This document shows positions 28,449-38,476 of a DNA stretch of 64,000 nucleotides, piece after piece (within the stretch, counting starts at the first letter, position 1; each line of letters opens with the position of its first letter). The notes under the pieces were generated by a model, which saw only the letters and a program-made list of their open reading frames with translations, searched no databases and was not told the origin of the DNA. The translations under genes and the position numbers were made by a program. The stretch comes from a virus, in the IMG/VR virus record IMGVR_UViG_3300030329_005426, positions 32,001-96,000 of that record. The stretch is one strand, 5' to 3'.

Positions 28449-30001
28449 TAAAGATCTCCTACATTATAATCACATACATTAAAGTCAAACGGAGACCTAG
28501 CGAAAGCGTTCTTAGTCACAGAGACAGTAGTATGTAACTCATCATTCTCAGATGAATACTTATGCTTGACTGCGGTCACTAGGAAAGTCGATCCATCTAG
28601 ACTATTAGACCATAACCTATTAAGCTCAGCCAATCGAGCCCCATTGTCTTGGTCGTTAGTTTGCGGTATATGGACTTCAACAGTCTGTCCTACCATAGTA
28701 TTCGTATGTCCTGGCACAGTTATATTCAATACAATCTTATCTTCTGAAGCCCAAGAAGCCACAGCCTTATGCAGTTGTGTGTGCCTATTACGGTCCCAAT
28801 ACATCTGCCTATCGTTGATCTTTTCTGTGCCATCATCCCTCTCTTCACTCACACGACCCTTTAAATAAACGGCATTTTTATAGGACCCTTCTAATTTCGG
28901 GGTTTCGGTTGAGATAATGTATCTTCCCTTAGAACTCCCATCAAACTTAGCCTTATCCATCTCATCTGCCTCTGGGTGTATGTCCTTAAACTTCTCTCCT
29001 AAACCTATAGTTACAAGGTTTCCCTTATCAAAGTCTGTTCCATAGTGCCATTTACGCTTTGTATATGTCTTTCTCAGTGGATCTAGAGTAGATACTGTAT
29101 TATCATAGTAGCCTTCATTGATATCATATACCATATCTTTATTATTAATGATGGATATACCTTCTATTACCGTGGCTTCACTCTGTTTCTTACCTGTGCC
29201 CATATCTTGTACATTCATATCACCTGTATACATATCGTCACAGTGTATGTTCTGCATGCTTTTATACCACGATTCTCCGTATCCTCCATAGCCTTTTCTT
29301 AGTTGAGCAAGTGAAGTAAAGTGAAATCCATCCGATCTCTCGAAGAATAGGTAATCGCATACTGGCATTGTCGACCCAGTCTCTTCGTCTACAATGGATG
29401 TTACACTCTCTTTACACACCTGATTGATAAGATCTATTGGACTTCTGCCATTTGCAATGATATGCAGTGGTCTCTCAGGAGTAAAGACTTTGGTATCGAA
29501 GCAGATGTGTAGGGGTTTGTCTCGGTATCCTGGAAGTTTCTGTAGACGATCATCTGGGTTCTGAAGGTAATTACTGTAAACTCTCTGTATGATCTTTCCA
29601 GCACTGAGACCTTGATATGCACCTTTAACGGAAGTATGGAGATCCCTAATAAATTCTTGGGAAACACACTCTAAGATATAGACTTCATCTCTTTCTTTAT
29701 ACCAAGATCTCTCTTGTATACCTTGAACTCTAAACCAATGTCGGGTATACTCGAAGTCTTCTCCACCGGTTTTATATGAAATATAGATATACTCTTGTCC
29801 GACAATCGGAAACCTCTCTACCAAACCCTGAGCATCCATAATACCCAGACCCATCTTCATAGTCGGAGCATAGAGATCTTCGTATATCGAGAACTCCATA
29901 ACCATTTGTTTGATGTCGATTACGTTCTTTAACGTAAAGTCTATAAGGTTTATGAACTCGATATCGACTCGAGTTGGTTTAGATATTGCTGCTCCAGCCA
30001 T
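28448..30001 (-). CDS. baseplate hub protein (gp27/gpD-like)
   Basis: FSIYEDL...PIVGQEY, YLFFERSDGFHFTSL, FLVTAVKH; lies between gp53 and gp5. Confidence 0.7.
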   Translation of the reverse strand: MAGAAISKPTRVDIEFINLIDFTLKNVIDIKQMVMEFSIYEDLYAPTMKMGLGIMDAQGLVERFPIVGQEYIYISYKTGGEDFEYTRHWFRVQGIQERSWYKERDEVYILECVSQEFIRDLHTSVKGAYQGLSAGKIIQRVYSNYLQNPDDRLQKLPGYRDKPLHICFDTKVFTPERPLHIIANGRSPIDLINQVCKESVTSIVDEETGSTMPVCDYLFFERSDGFHFTSLAQLRKGYGGYGESWYKSMQNIHCDDMYTGDMNVQDMGTGKKQSEATVIEGISIINNKDMVYDINEGYYDNTVSTLDPLRKTYTKRKWHYGTDFDKGNLVTIGLGEKFKDIHPEADEMDKAKFDGSSKGRYIISTETPKLEGSYKNAVYLKGRVSEERDDGTEKINDRQMYWDRNRHTQLHKAVASWASEDKIVLNITVPGHTNTMVGQTVEVHIPQTNDQDNGARLAELNRLWSNSLDGSTFLVTAVKHKYSSENDELHTTVSVTKNAFARSPFDFNVCDYNVGDL

Positions 30002-30564
30002 TATTCAAACACAGTCCTGACTTGAGCGATAACTTCCGGTACAAACTCGGTATCTAATATGGAAATCTCGCGGAGTTTCTCGTTCTCTTCGTCTTCATAC
30101 TCATACTTTGTCTTAATCTTCTTATGGGTAGATGATACGGTATTATAGGTTTTCAAGTCTATGTTGATCCATTTCTCTTTTACGATCGTTCCATCTGTCA
30201 GAACCTGATGATCGGTGATCCTTTGCATATATTGATGTACGGTTTCTCTGGCTGCTGCAGTCGAACCATACTTGTTTTTAATATACTTGTCAAGCAAAGG
30301 CTGAGACTTTGGCCATTCCCAGTGGGGATCTACCATTACATTTACGAGTATGATGATCCAATCCAGACGTGAATCATCATAATAGTTATGAGCAATGCTC
30401 TCTGGTGTATCTGATGGAGTGATTTGATGTCTATAATAGATAGCCTGCCTCTCAGTTAGGAATTGTTTTATTGAAAACCCCGCTGTAAGATCCATCATTT
30501 CCAGAGGCAAATTATTCTTATGGAGATCATAGGAGATGATTGGATAGTTTTTAAATAAATGCAT
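30001..30564 (-). CDS. baseplate wedge (T4 gp53-like, LysM-like)
   Basis: DTPESIAHNYY...WIIILVN...WP...YIKNKYG, YEYEDEENEKLREI. Confidence 0.88.
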   Translation of the reverse strand: MHLFKNYPIISYDLHKNNLPLEMMDLTAGFSIKQFLTERQAIYYRHQITPSDTPESIAHNYYDDSRLDWIIILVNVMVDPHWEWPKSQPLLDKYIKNKYGSTAAARETVHQYMQRITDHQVLTDGTIVKEKWINIDLKTYNTVSSTHKKIKTKYEYEDEENEKLREISILDTEFVPEVIAQVRTVFE

Positions 30565-30569
30565 TATCT

Positions 30570-31562
30570 TTACCTATGCTCGCTGACAATATCATCACGC
30601 GTCGTGATGGTTGTTTCTGTAAATGACATAGAAATAGTTATCGAAGCAGGAGAGGGTGAATCACCACCGTTCTTATGGTACAATGGAACACCTTCACCAT
30701 GATAGTCTACATCAAATGTTGTTAGAACCGATGGAGCAATATTAAATAGATACTTAGGATGGTTAAAGTCTATGTCAAACTCGTTAGGATATTTGAATAG
30801 GTGCTTATTGCTGCTCATGTCGGGATGCATATGTATCTTGAAAATCCTAATAATCTCGTTTAGCTTATCGGTTTCGGGCTTGTCTTTTGGCATAAACTTA
30901 TAGCTGAACGAATGTGATCTAAAGCCTGTTCCTGTGAATAGCTGAGCCATATGAGGGTTTATAGCATGTCCAGCACCTGCAGCCATACCACCTTTAACGG
31001 CATTCTGGGCGCCAACACCAGCGACAGCACCGGTGATTGTTCCTACGGTTCCTCCTATTTTATTACCAAGCGCAGCAGCACCCAATGGAGCTAATTCATT
31101 TTGTAGAAGACCCAATCCAGCTGCGGCAACAGCATCGCCAGTGGCCGCCTTGTTAAATGCACCTTGAATCCCTGCCTTGACCTGATCTACTATACCGGCG
31201 CCTTCGACTCCAGCATCGATACCGGCAGCCGTCGCCATACCCATAATACCAAGACCTTCCTGAGCATAGTTTGCTTTATACCCTGTTTTAAGAGTACTCG
31301 GCAACGGTAAAGCGATACTATTTAATATCTTAGTTATCTCTCTTTCACGTCTCTGAAGTTTGTTTCGCTCATATGCATGAAAGACTATCCAGTGACCTTG
31401 AGATGATAGATCATCTGGAAAATTAGACATTAACCCAAACTCTTTACCAGAATTTGAACCAAAAGCCTTGTTAAATTTATTAACCCTACTATTAGACGGG
31501 TTGCGGGCTCCTGGTCGTGTGGCGGATGCTGGTCCTTTTGTTGTCTGTGAAGCTGTTGCCAT
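30570..31562 (-). CDS. baseplate tail tube cap (T4 gp48-like)
   Basis: INPHMAQLFTGTGFRSHSFSYKFMPK, IIRIFK, YPNEFDI, SMSFTE. Confidence 0.85.
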   Translation of the reverse strand: MATASQTTKGPASATRPGARNPSNSRVNKFNKAFGSNSGKEFGLMSNFPDDLSSQGHWIVFHAYERNKLQRREREITKILNSIALPLPSTLKTGYKANYAQEGLGIMGMATAAGIDAGVEGAGIVDQVKAGIQGAFNKAATGDAVAAAGLGLLQNELAPLGAAALGNKIGGTVGTITGAVAGVGAQNAVKGGMAAGAGHAINPHMAQLFTGTGFRSHSFSYKFMPKDKPETDKLNEIIRIFKIHMHPDMSSNKHLFKYPNEFDIDFNHPKYLFNIAPSVLTTFDVDYHGEGVPLYHKNGGDSPSPASITISMSFTETTITTRDDIVSEHR

Positions 31563-31588
31563 TGGTATATCTGTTCCTAAATAGTGTT

Positions 31589-32023
31589 ATGGCTTATAGA
31601 GGTAAATTCAAACCCCGCAACCCGGCAAAATACGTCGGTGATCCTACTTCTATTATTTATAGAAGTTCGTGGGAGCTTCGCTGCATGAATTACTTTGATT
31701 TGACAGAAGATATCATACAATGGGCTTCTGAAGAAGTCGCTATACCTTATAAAAGCCCTATCGATGGCCGTATCCATAGATATTACCCCGATTTCATCCT
31801 AAAAGTCAAGACCAAATCTGGTAAAGAAGAAACACATATGTGGGAGGTTAAACCATATAAACAATCGATTCCTCCTACTGTTCAAACGAAGAAAACTAAG
31901 CGATATATCAATGAAGTTAGAACATATGCCATAAATAAGTATAAATGGGATGCAGCACAACTATATTGTAAAGAACAAGGCTGGCATTTTAAAGTTATCA
32001 CCGAGAAGGAATTAGGTATTTAA
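31589..32023 (+). CDS. head completion nuclease (T4 gp4-like, TnsA-like)
   Basis: MAYRGKFKPRNPAKYVGD..IIYRSSWE, WASEE, HRYYPDF, EVKP, NKYKW. Confidence 0.93.
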   Translation: MAYRGKFKPRNPAKYVGDPTSIIYRSSWELRCMNYFDLTEDIIQWASEEVAIPYKSPIDGRIHRYYPDFILKVKTKSGKEETHMWEVKPYKQSIPPTVQTKKTKRYINEVRTYAINKYKWDAAQLYCKEQGWHFKVITEKELGI

Positions 32024-32613
32024 TGGTCGCATATGTGTTCGATAGAATCCTTGCTAAAGGCGTTCGGGCTGGCCAGTTACCTGCTCGTACACAAGGAGCA
32101 AGAGATTGGTTCCGCGAAGCAGCCAGGAAAACCTCGGCATCACCAGAAGGAATTATGCGTGGTGCTGATAAATCTGACTTCGCTAACAGTGGTGCGTTTG
32201 GTGCTATGTTTATGTTCTATTACGATCCAAAGCATAAAGCTACGTTACCATATTATGATACCTTTCCGTTAGTATTTCCTTTTTCTAAGGCTCCTGGAGG
32301 GTTTATGGGCTTGAATATGCATTATCTACCTCTCCGGCTGAGGGCTAGGCTAATGGATGCATTATATGAAACAGCATCTAATGACAAATACGATGACACC
32401 ACTAAACTTAGACTTAGTTATAATATATTAAATGCTTCTGCTCGTTATAAATATTACAAACCAACAGTTCATCACTATCTGACCGATCATCTTAGATCAC
32501 GTTTATTACGTATATCATCATCTGACTGGGATACAGCATTATTCTTACCGGTCGAACGTTTTGAGAAAGCATCTAAGACTAAAGTCTGGGCCGATAGCAG
32601 GAAAGCAGTATAA
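32023..32613 (+). CDS. DNA end protector (T4 gp2-like)
   Basis: FYYDPKHKATLPYYDTFPL, GLNMHYLP, LFLPVERF. Confidence 0.92.
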   Translation: MVAYVFDRILAKGVRAGQLPARTQGARDWFREAARKTSASPEGIMRGADKSDFANSGAFGAMFMFYYDPKHKATLPYYDTFPLVFPFSKAPGGFMGLNMHYLPLRLRARLMDALYETASNDKYDDTTKLRLSYNILNASARYKYYKPTVHHYLTDHLRSRLLRISSSDWDTALFLPVERFEKASKTKVWADSRKAV

Positions 32614-33332
32614 TGGCATTTAACGTAGACAGTTTTTTAGGCGAAATTAACTCACATGGTGTTGCCCGTAATAAGAATTTTAGGGTAACTATTGATGGAC
32701 CTATCAAGACAAACTCACATGTCACTCCTCGATCAATGTCTATGAGATGTGATAGTATAGATATTCCGGGTAGAACAGCAATGACTGTTGATTATACTAC
32801 TGACTGGGGTGCTATGAGAAAAATACCATACCGTGGTTTGTATATAGATGTCACGTGTTCAATTATTCTGAGCGAAAATCTAGCTGAAAAATTATACATG
32901 GAAGAATGGCAAGACCTAATGATGGGTTCTCATAGAAAGACTGATGATCTGAATGATTTCCATACTGGATATTTTAAAGATTATGTGGGTACCGTTACGA
33001 TAGATCAATTTGCTGAAACTGCGGCAAATCCTAGTCAACCACCTAAATCTGGACCAGATTTAGATCCAGGCATAGGTCTAAGCAGCGACATTGTATATAG
33101 TGTTGAACTTCGTGAAGCCTATCCGATTGTTATAAATCCTATAGGAGGCTCATGGGCTGGTGGTGACATTCATAAAATGAGTGTTATGTTTGCCTATCGC
33201 TATTTCAACGATCAGGATACAAAGAAAAAGAGTTTACCGACAGTTGGTTCTAGCGTGCGTCTTAATAATCCTACTAATAGCACACGCATTACAACGAATA
33301 GCAACAGTAGAGGTTCATCGCGATTTCGTTAA
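32613..33332 (+). CDS. tail tube initiator / tube-like protein (gp54/gp19-like)
   Basis: CDSIDIPGR, YFKDYVGTVTIDQ, LREAYP, VMFAYRY. Confidence 0.75.
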   Translation: MAFNVDSFLGEINSHGVARNKNFRVTIDGPIKTNSHVTPRSMSMRCDSIDIPGRTAMTVDYTTDWGAMRKIPYRGLYIDVTCSIILSENLAEKLYMEEWQDLMMGSHRKTDDLNDFHTGYFKDYVGTVTIDQFAETAANPSQPPKSGPDLDPGIGLSSDIVYSVELREAYPIVINPIGGSWAGGDIHKMSVMFAYRYFNDQDTKKKSLPTVGSSVRLNNPTNSTRITTNSNSRGSSRFR

Positions 33333-33365
33333 AAATTAAATTTGATTTGATAAGGAGATTTGTCT

Positions 33366-34073
33366 ATGTCTATACCTAAGATGACATTGCCAGAGTTTTT
33401 CACCGAACTCCCCACGACAAAAGAAAAAGTAAAATACCGGCCATTCACCGTGGCTGAAGAAAAAGTATTGCTAATTGCTCTCGAAGGCGGAGAGGATTTA
33501 GAAATTCAAAACGCTATATTTAATATCGTAAATGCATGTACGATGGATGATATAGATTTTAATAAAAGACCAATGTGTGATCTAGAATGGATGTTCCTAC
33601 ATATCCGAGGAAAATCAATCAATGACCAAATAGATTTGGTGTTGACGCATCCCTCAGATGTAAATTGTGAACATGAAACAGAAATGATGTTGCCGATCGC
33701 TAATATTAAGTGCGAGATCCCTGATATTGATTCAAATATTAAATTAACCGACGATTATGGCGTAGAATTGAAATGGCCTACAGTTGCATATAACAATACG
33801 GCTGATAACTTTGAAGGTACGGAATATATTATTGATGTCATAGCTAATCATATAGTATCAGTGTATGATGCCGACGAAGTCTACTCAGACTTTACTGTTG
33901 ATGAAGCAAAGGAATGGGTATTATCTTTGACTACCCCACAATTTGAATCAATTCAAGAATTTTTTAGTCAAACACCACAGCTTAATACCCAAATTGAGTG
34001 GACATGTGAAGCTTGTGGTGCAAAGGAATCTGTATCGCTGTCGGGGCTCGGAAATTTTTTCGCCTTTGCTTGA
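33366..34073 (+). CDS. baseplate hub assembly chaperone (T4 gp26-like)
   Basis: VKYRPFTVAEEKVLL, DLEWMFLHIRGKS, FFSQTPQL, CEAC, GLGNFF. Confidence 0.88.
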   Translation: MSIPKMTLPEFFTELPTTKEKVKYRPFTVAEEKVLLIALEGGEDLEIQNAIFNIVNACTMDDIDFNKRPMCDLEWMFLHIRGKSINDQIDLVLTHPSDVNCEHETEMMLPIANIKCEIPDIDSNIKLTDDYGVELKWPTVAYNNTADNFEGTEYIIDVIANHIVSVYDADEVYSDFTVDEAKEWVLSLTTPQFESIQEFFSQTPQLNTQIEWTCEACGAKESVSLSGLGNFFAFA

Positions 34074-34243
34074 GCCAGTATAATCTGGCAACCTATTATA
34101 ATACTAATTTCACTCTAGCCCAGCACCATGATTGGTCACTTACAGAAATCGATGCGTTAATTCCGTTTGAACGAGAAATCTACATAAATATGTTAGAAAA
34201 CTTTCTCAAAGAGCAAGCGGAAAGGCTAGAAAAAAATGGCTAA
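34070..34243 (+). CDS. baseplate hub assembly protein (gp51-like); possibly made as a -1 frameshift extension of gp26
   Basis: YYNTNFTLAQHHDWSLTEIDALIPFEREIY motif; no early ATG or RBS; reading frame is -1 relative to gp26. Confidence 0.75.
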   Translation: MSQYNLATYYNTNFTLAQHHDWSLTEIDALIPFEREIYINMLENFLKEQAERLEKNG

Positions 34244-34526
34244 CAAAGAAGGCGTAACTATCGTAGAGGTAGATCGATCTACAACAGAGGTTGAGGCTAC
34301 TTCATGGTATAACAACACCAAAGGGTTGGATATGATCGATCGATTACGTATCTGGCCACGCATGTTAATTACATTATATGGATTTATGTTCTATCACGTA
34401 TGTGATTGGTTTATGACACTTCCTAACCCTACTAACGCTCAAAGTGCATTTGTATCTGTAGTTGTTGGTGCAGGTGCTGCTTGGTTTGGTTTATATTGCG
34501 GTTCTGGTCCAGCAAAGAAAAAATAG
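34236..34526 (+). CDS. small two-TM membrane protein
   Basis: RIWPRMLITLY...WFMTLPNPTNAQSAFVSVVVGAGAAWFGLY. Confidence 0.65.
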   Translation: MANKEGVTIVEVDRSTTEVEATSWYNNTKGLDMIDRLRIWPRMLITLYGFMFYHVCDWFMTLPNPTNAQSAFVSVVVGAGAAWFGLYCGSGPAKKK

Positions 34527-34535
34527 GAATAGTCA

Positions 34536-37500
34536 ATGGCTCTCCCACAAGGTAAAGCTAACGAAGAAATTTTACGTCTTTTAACGGGCCAAAAGAAACT
34601 GGCCCAATTAGCATTGGTATCTTCAACTGATGATAATATTAAAGATCAGGCTGGTCAGTTAAAAGAAATTATCGGTGAATTAAAAGGTATACGAACGAAT
34701 TCTGATTGGCATAAACGCTTTCTCCAAGACAAACATCAAGATGATTTAATGGCTCAGGCTAAAATGCTTGAGGCTTTGCGCGAGCAAGCTAGAGGTATTA
34801 ATCGTCTTAGAGCAGGTATGCTTGGTGCTGGTGCTGGTGGTCCGGGAGGACCAGGAGGACCGAATGATGGTAAAGGCGGTGGCGGACTACCATGGGGAGA
34901 TATAGCTGCAGGTGCCGCTGGTTTATATGGGGCGAATAAACTTCGTAAGGGTGTTCAAAATAAGCTCAAAGCAAATAAAGCAAATAAGCCGGGCCGTGTA
35001 CCTCCACGCGTACCTCCATCCTCGAAAACGCCTGGTGCTGGCTTAATTCAACGTGGTAAAGACGCCTTTAAGAGAGGCCTTGGTAGAACGCCATGGGGTA
35101 GAATATTCGGCGGCGGCGCAGTTGTATACGGTGCCGCAAAGAGTATGTTTGACGGCGGACCAACACCTAGTGTAAAGCCTGATCCTAATCGATTTAAAGG
35201 TGGGGCAACACCTAAAGTCATTCCTTTTCCCAATCAATTTAAAGGTGGACCAACACCTCGCGTAACGCCCAATCCTAATCTATTCAAAGGTGGAGCAACA
35301 CCTAGACCAGGACCATGGAAACCACCAGTAACTCCTGGTGCTGGCTTAATTCAACGTGGTAAAGACGCACTTAAAAAGATGAAACCTTCGCCGTGGGGGA
35401 TTGCGGCTCCCTTTGTCCTAGGTGCCGGATCATCATTACTAGCCCCTTCCGAAAAAACTAAAGACGGTAGAATTAGAATAAAGGGTGGTGCTGAAGTCGG
35501 TAAAGACGGTACTGCTGGTGAAAAAGGCAGATATATGTTAAGCCAGGCCGCGGAAGGAGCCATGTGGGGTTCTATGCTTGGTAAACCTGGAATGCTGGTT
35601 GGTGGCGCAGTCGGCGCGGTAATGGGTGGTGGAAAGCTTCTTCAAGGCCAAGAACAAGGACGTAATGAAAAAGCCCTTAAAAAGCATCTTGGTGCTTTGT
35701 CGGATACGGATAGTGATAAATCACATGAGGCCTTATTAAAGCTTCGCGCAGAAATCGGCAGCGCCTATGCACGTAAGGCAGGTCGTAAAGGTACAGCACA
35801 TATTGCACCATATGCTAAAAAATTGGTTGCGCTGGCGATACCTATTGCTAAGATGACTGAAAAAGATTGGAAAGACTTGCCGGCTAAAGATTTTGTAAAT
35901 TTAAGTAAAACGTTGGCTGTGTTACTTGGTGCCTTTAAGAAAACCTTTATTGCTGTTGATGCAGGATTAGATCCAAAGCAAGCAGATCAACTTTATGTGG
36001 GTTTGTTAGAAGCTAATGACAGAGTAATGACAGTTATGATGTCTGATAGAAAGAAATATAAAGGAGCAACGGCGACTACCGGTGGTGATGCAGCGATGTA
36101 TAAACAGGGTAAAGAAGCCGGCCCAGAAAAAGCCAAAAACTTTGCTCGATTGATAACTTCAATGGAACGTAAATCTGCTTCGCAATCTGCACCTAGAGCA
36201 AATGTGATGGGTGGAAATGAAGCAGCTGAAGCTATGTTTAAAGGACAGGTTAAACCTAATCCGAGTCCAACAAATACTAATCCAAGTCCAGCAACAGCAA
36301 GGCCTAATTCAGCATCAAAATTCAGCGCAGGTAAGTGGGATGATCCTAAAGTTGTTGCAGCACACTTACAAGCCAAACTGGATGCGAGATCCAAAATTGG
36401 AATGGATCTGGCTAATGATCCTGAGCTTGCTAAACGTGCTGCCTTTAAGAAAGAGTGGGGTGTGACTCAGGCATTCGGCAAGATGACTGGCAAGAAGGGA
36501 TGGAAAGAAGCAGCTGAAGCAGCTGGTATTGGACTCAAAAAAGGCCAATTCGGAGATACACACTTCGTAAAAACAGCATCAGAAAAAGCCGCAGCCGCTA
36601 ATAAAAACCAGATTGATCTGGCAAGAAAGCAATTAGAATCACTTCAGTTGGGTGGAAATTACTTAGGCGAAAGTAAGTATGTTTCAGGATTAAAAGGCGG
36701 AGCCGGCCGAAGAGCTCGCAGGAAATTTACCGACAGGTGGGACGATAACGTTGGAAAAAAGAATGTGTTACGAAAGCTGGAATGGCTTGCTGATCGAGGT
36801 GTAGATATCGGTCAGTTTGGTATGAGTAGAACGCAAAGCCAGGCCGACGGAAGATTAACGACAAAGATAGGTGGTTCATTAACCGGTGATTCAAGGCTAG
36901 CGATCAATAAACTATTCTCTAGTATGACTATGAAACAACATGGTGTCACAGGCTCGTTACCAGGTTATGCTAGAGGTACAGGCGGTAAGTTTGCACGCGG
37001 CGCGGCTATAGTAGGTGAAAATGGCCCAGAATTAATCACAGGTGCTCCGGGTGGATATCAAGTCAAACCGATGAAGATGATGAAAAATATACAATTCCAG
37101 TCAGGTGGAAGAGAAGTTATACACAGAGAAAAATTACCTGACGGTCGTAGAATAATAAAATATGCCGATGGATCATATGAAGAATCTGGAGCTTTCGGTA
37201 AGCGTCATTATGATGCTAACGGTAAATTAAGAATTGAAACATCACCAAGAGTAGCAGGTCTTTCAATAAGAAAATACTTTAATGCTAAAGGGGAGATGGT
37301 GAAAAAATGGGGCTCGATGCGCATGTCGGGGTTGGGTAAAAGTGGTAACGTTACTCTGACATCAGAAGGTGATATGCGCGATGGTAAAATTACACGGGGT
37401 GGTACCGGTGGTGAGTGGCGCACAAAAATATCGGCTCGTGGCCGAGAAACCGAACATTCTCCGAAGGGCCACGCGACTTTAACCGCCGGTTATATGGGTG

Positions 37501-37844
37501 GAAATGAAGAAGCTGGGATTCATTATCAATACGGTAAGGTGGATGCACGCATAAATTCTTCAAGAAATGTTGCGACTGGTAAGGAGACGATGAGCCTCGG
37601 TGGCAATGCTGAAGCCATGGGTAATAAAAATCTCTCTAGGTCGGGAATTTTACGTAAAATTTCGGAAATGGCTGCTACAGCTAAAGGTGGTGGTCAAGCG
37701 GCTCCAATCGTTGTTAATGCTCCGCAATCTACTAATATTTCTGGGGGTGGAGGATCTTCTGGTGGACCAGGCCTACAAATCGCAGATAATCCCATAGGAT
37801 CACGTAATCGCGTTATGGATCGTAAGAATACTCAGGGTGAGTAA
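34536..37844 (+). CDS. tape-measure-like / hub (gp29-like) protein
   Basis: 1102 aa, rich in Gly/Ala/Lys; follows gp26/gp51; contains LPGYARG...IVGENGPE and C-terminal PIVVNAPQSTN. Confidence 0.6.
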   Translation: MALPQGKANEEILRLLTGQKKLAQLALVSSTDDNIKDQAGQLKEIIGELKGIRTNSDWHKRFLQDKHQDDLMAQAKMLEALREQARGINRLRAGMLGAGAGGPGGPGGPNDGKGGGGLPWGDIAAGAAGLYGANKLRKGVQNKLKANKANKPGRVPPRVPPSSKTPGAGLIQRGKDAFKRGLGRTPWGRIFGGGAVVYGAAKSMFDGGPTPSVKPDPNRFKGGATPKVIPFPNQFKGGPTPRVTPNPNLFKGGATPRPGPWKPPVTPGAGLIQRGKDALKKMKPSPWGIAAPFVLGAGSSLLAPSEKTKDGRIRIKGGAEVGKDGTAGEKGRYMLSQAAEGAMWGSMLGKPGMLVGGAVGAVMGGGKLLQGQEQGRNEKALKKHLGALSDTDSDKSHEALLKLRAEIGSAYARKAGRKGTAHIAPYAKKLVALAIPIAKMTEKDWKDLPAKDFVNLSKTLAVLLGAFKKTFIAVDAGLDPKQADQLYVGLLEANDRVMTVMMSDRKKYKGATATTGGDAAMYKQGKEAGPEKAKNFARLITSMERKSASQSAPRANVMGGNEAAEAMFKGQVKPNPSPTNTNPSPATARPNSASKFSAGKWDDPKVVAAHLQAKLDARSKIGMDLANDPELAKRAAFKKEWGVTQAFGKMTGKKGWKEAAEAAGIGLKKGQFGDTHFVKTASEKAAAANKNQIDLARKQLESLQLGGNYLGESKYVSGLKGGAGRRARRKFTDRWDDNVGKKNVLRKLEWLADRGVDIGQFGMSRTQSQADGRLTTKIGGSLTGDSRLAINKLFSSMTMKQHGVTGSLPGYARGTGGKFARGAAIVGENGPELITGAPGGYQVKPMKMMKNIQFQSGGREVIHREKLPDGRRIIKYADGSYEESGAFGKRHYDANGKLRIETSPRVAGLSIRKYFNAKGEMVKKWGSMRMSGLGKSGNVTLTSEGDMRDGKITRGGTGGEWRTKISARGRETEHSPKGHATLTAGYMGGNEEAGIHYQYGKVDARINSSRNVATGKETMSLGGNAEAMGNKNLSRSGILRKISEMAATAKGGGQAAPIVVNAPQSTNISGGGGSSGGPGLQIADNPIGSRNRVMDRKNTQGE
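35031..35368 (+). repeat. 35-nt exact direct repeat plus FKGG(A/P)TP peptide repeats inside the tape-measure-like gene
   Basis: cctggtgctggcttaattcaacgtggtaaagacgc at 35031-35065 and 35334-35368, with F(D/K)GG(P/A)TP units between them. Confidence 0.85.
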
Positions 37845-38474
37845 TTATTGAAAATGGTGTCCGTGACAGTATGTCACTAATGAATGCCGAACACCTTGAG
37901 TAACAGGCTGCACTCTATGATAGATATACGTAGGCATTACATACATAATACCTCGATCTTTCGGCACTGTAAAAATCTCACCATCGTTATCATTTCCCCA
38001 TCCTGGACAGAACATCTGTAATTCACCGCCCTCATAATCATCAGGATCAGATAACTGCACTATCATATTAAGCTTACGAGCTGCTGTTGACGGTCCACCT
38101 GTATGCAAATCATGATGCCATTTCATACCACCTCCAGGTGCTGTATATTTGATAATATCAATACACTCGAAGGTTCCGGTAACTTGAAACTGCCATGCGG
38201 TTCTGTTGAGATCTCTTGCTGCTAATGTTAAATGATCGTATAACCAAATCCATTCTTCATTGACATAACAATGCCCAATCTCTGTATTGGTATATGATTC
38301 ATTTTGCATTCCAGTGCCGTGGATAATTGGCGCTGCCCAATCCTTAGCACCTTCTATTATCGTATCACATTGTTTATCTGATAAGATTTTACCAGTTGAA
38401 AGATAGGGGTGGTGATTGTTAACCTGATCATGATTAAAATAAAAACAATTGGCGTCCAATGCACCACCCTCCAA
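37845..38474 (-). CDS. Fe(II)/2OG oxygenase (PKHD / prolyl-4-hydroxylase-like)
   Basis: WHHD, RKLNMIVQLSDPDDYEGGEL, HRVQPVTQGVRHSLV. Confidence 0.9.
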   Translation of the reverse strand: MEGGALDANCFYFNHDQVNNHHPYLSTGKILSDKQCDTIIEGAKDWAAPIIHGTGMQNESYTNTEIGHCYVNEEWIWLYDHLTLAARDLNRTAWQFQVTGTFECIDIIKYTAPGGGMKWHHDLHTGGPSTAARKLNMIVQLSDPDDYEGGELQMFCPGWGNDNDGEIFTVPKDRGIMYVMPTYIYHRVQPVTQGVRHSLVTYCHGHHFQ

Positions 38475-38476
38475 TC

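Noticed and set aside
34236-34526. Holin assignment for the two-TM protein
   Set aside because: Size and topology fit, but there is no adjacent endolysin or diagnostic motif, so it is left as a membrane protein.
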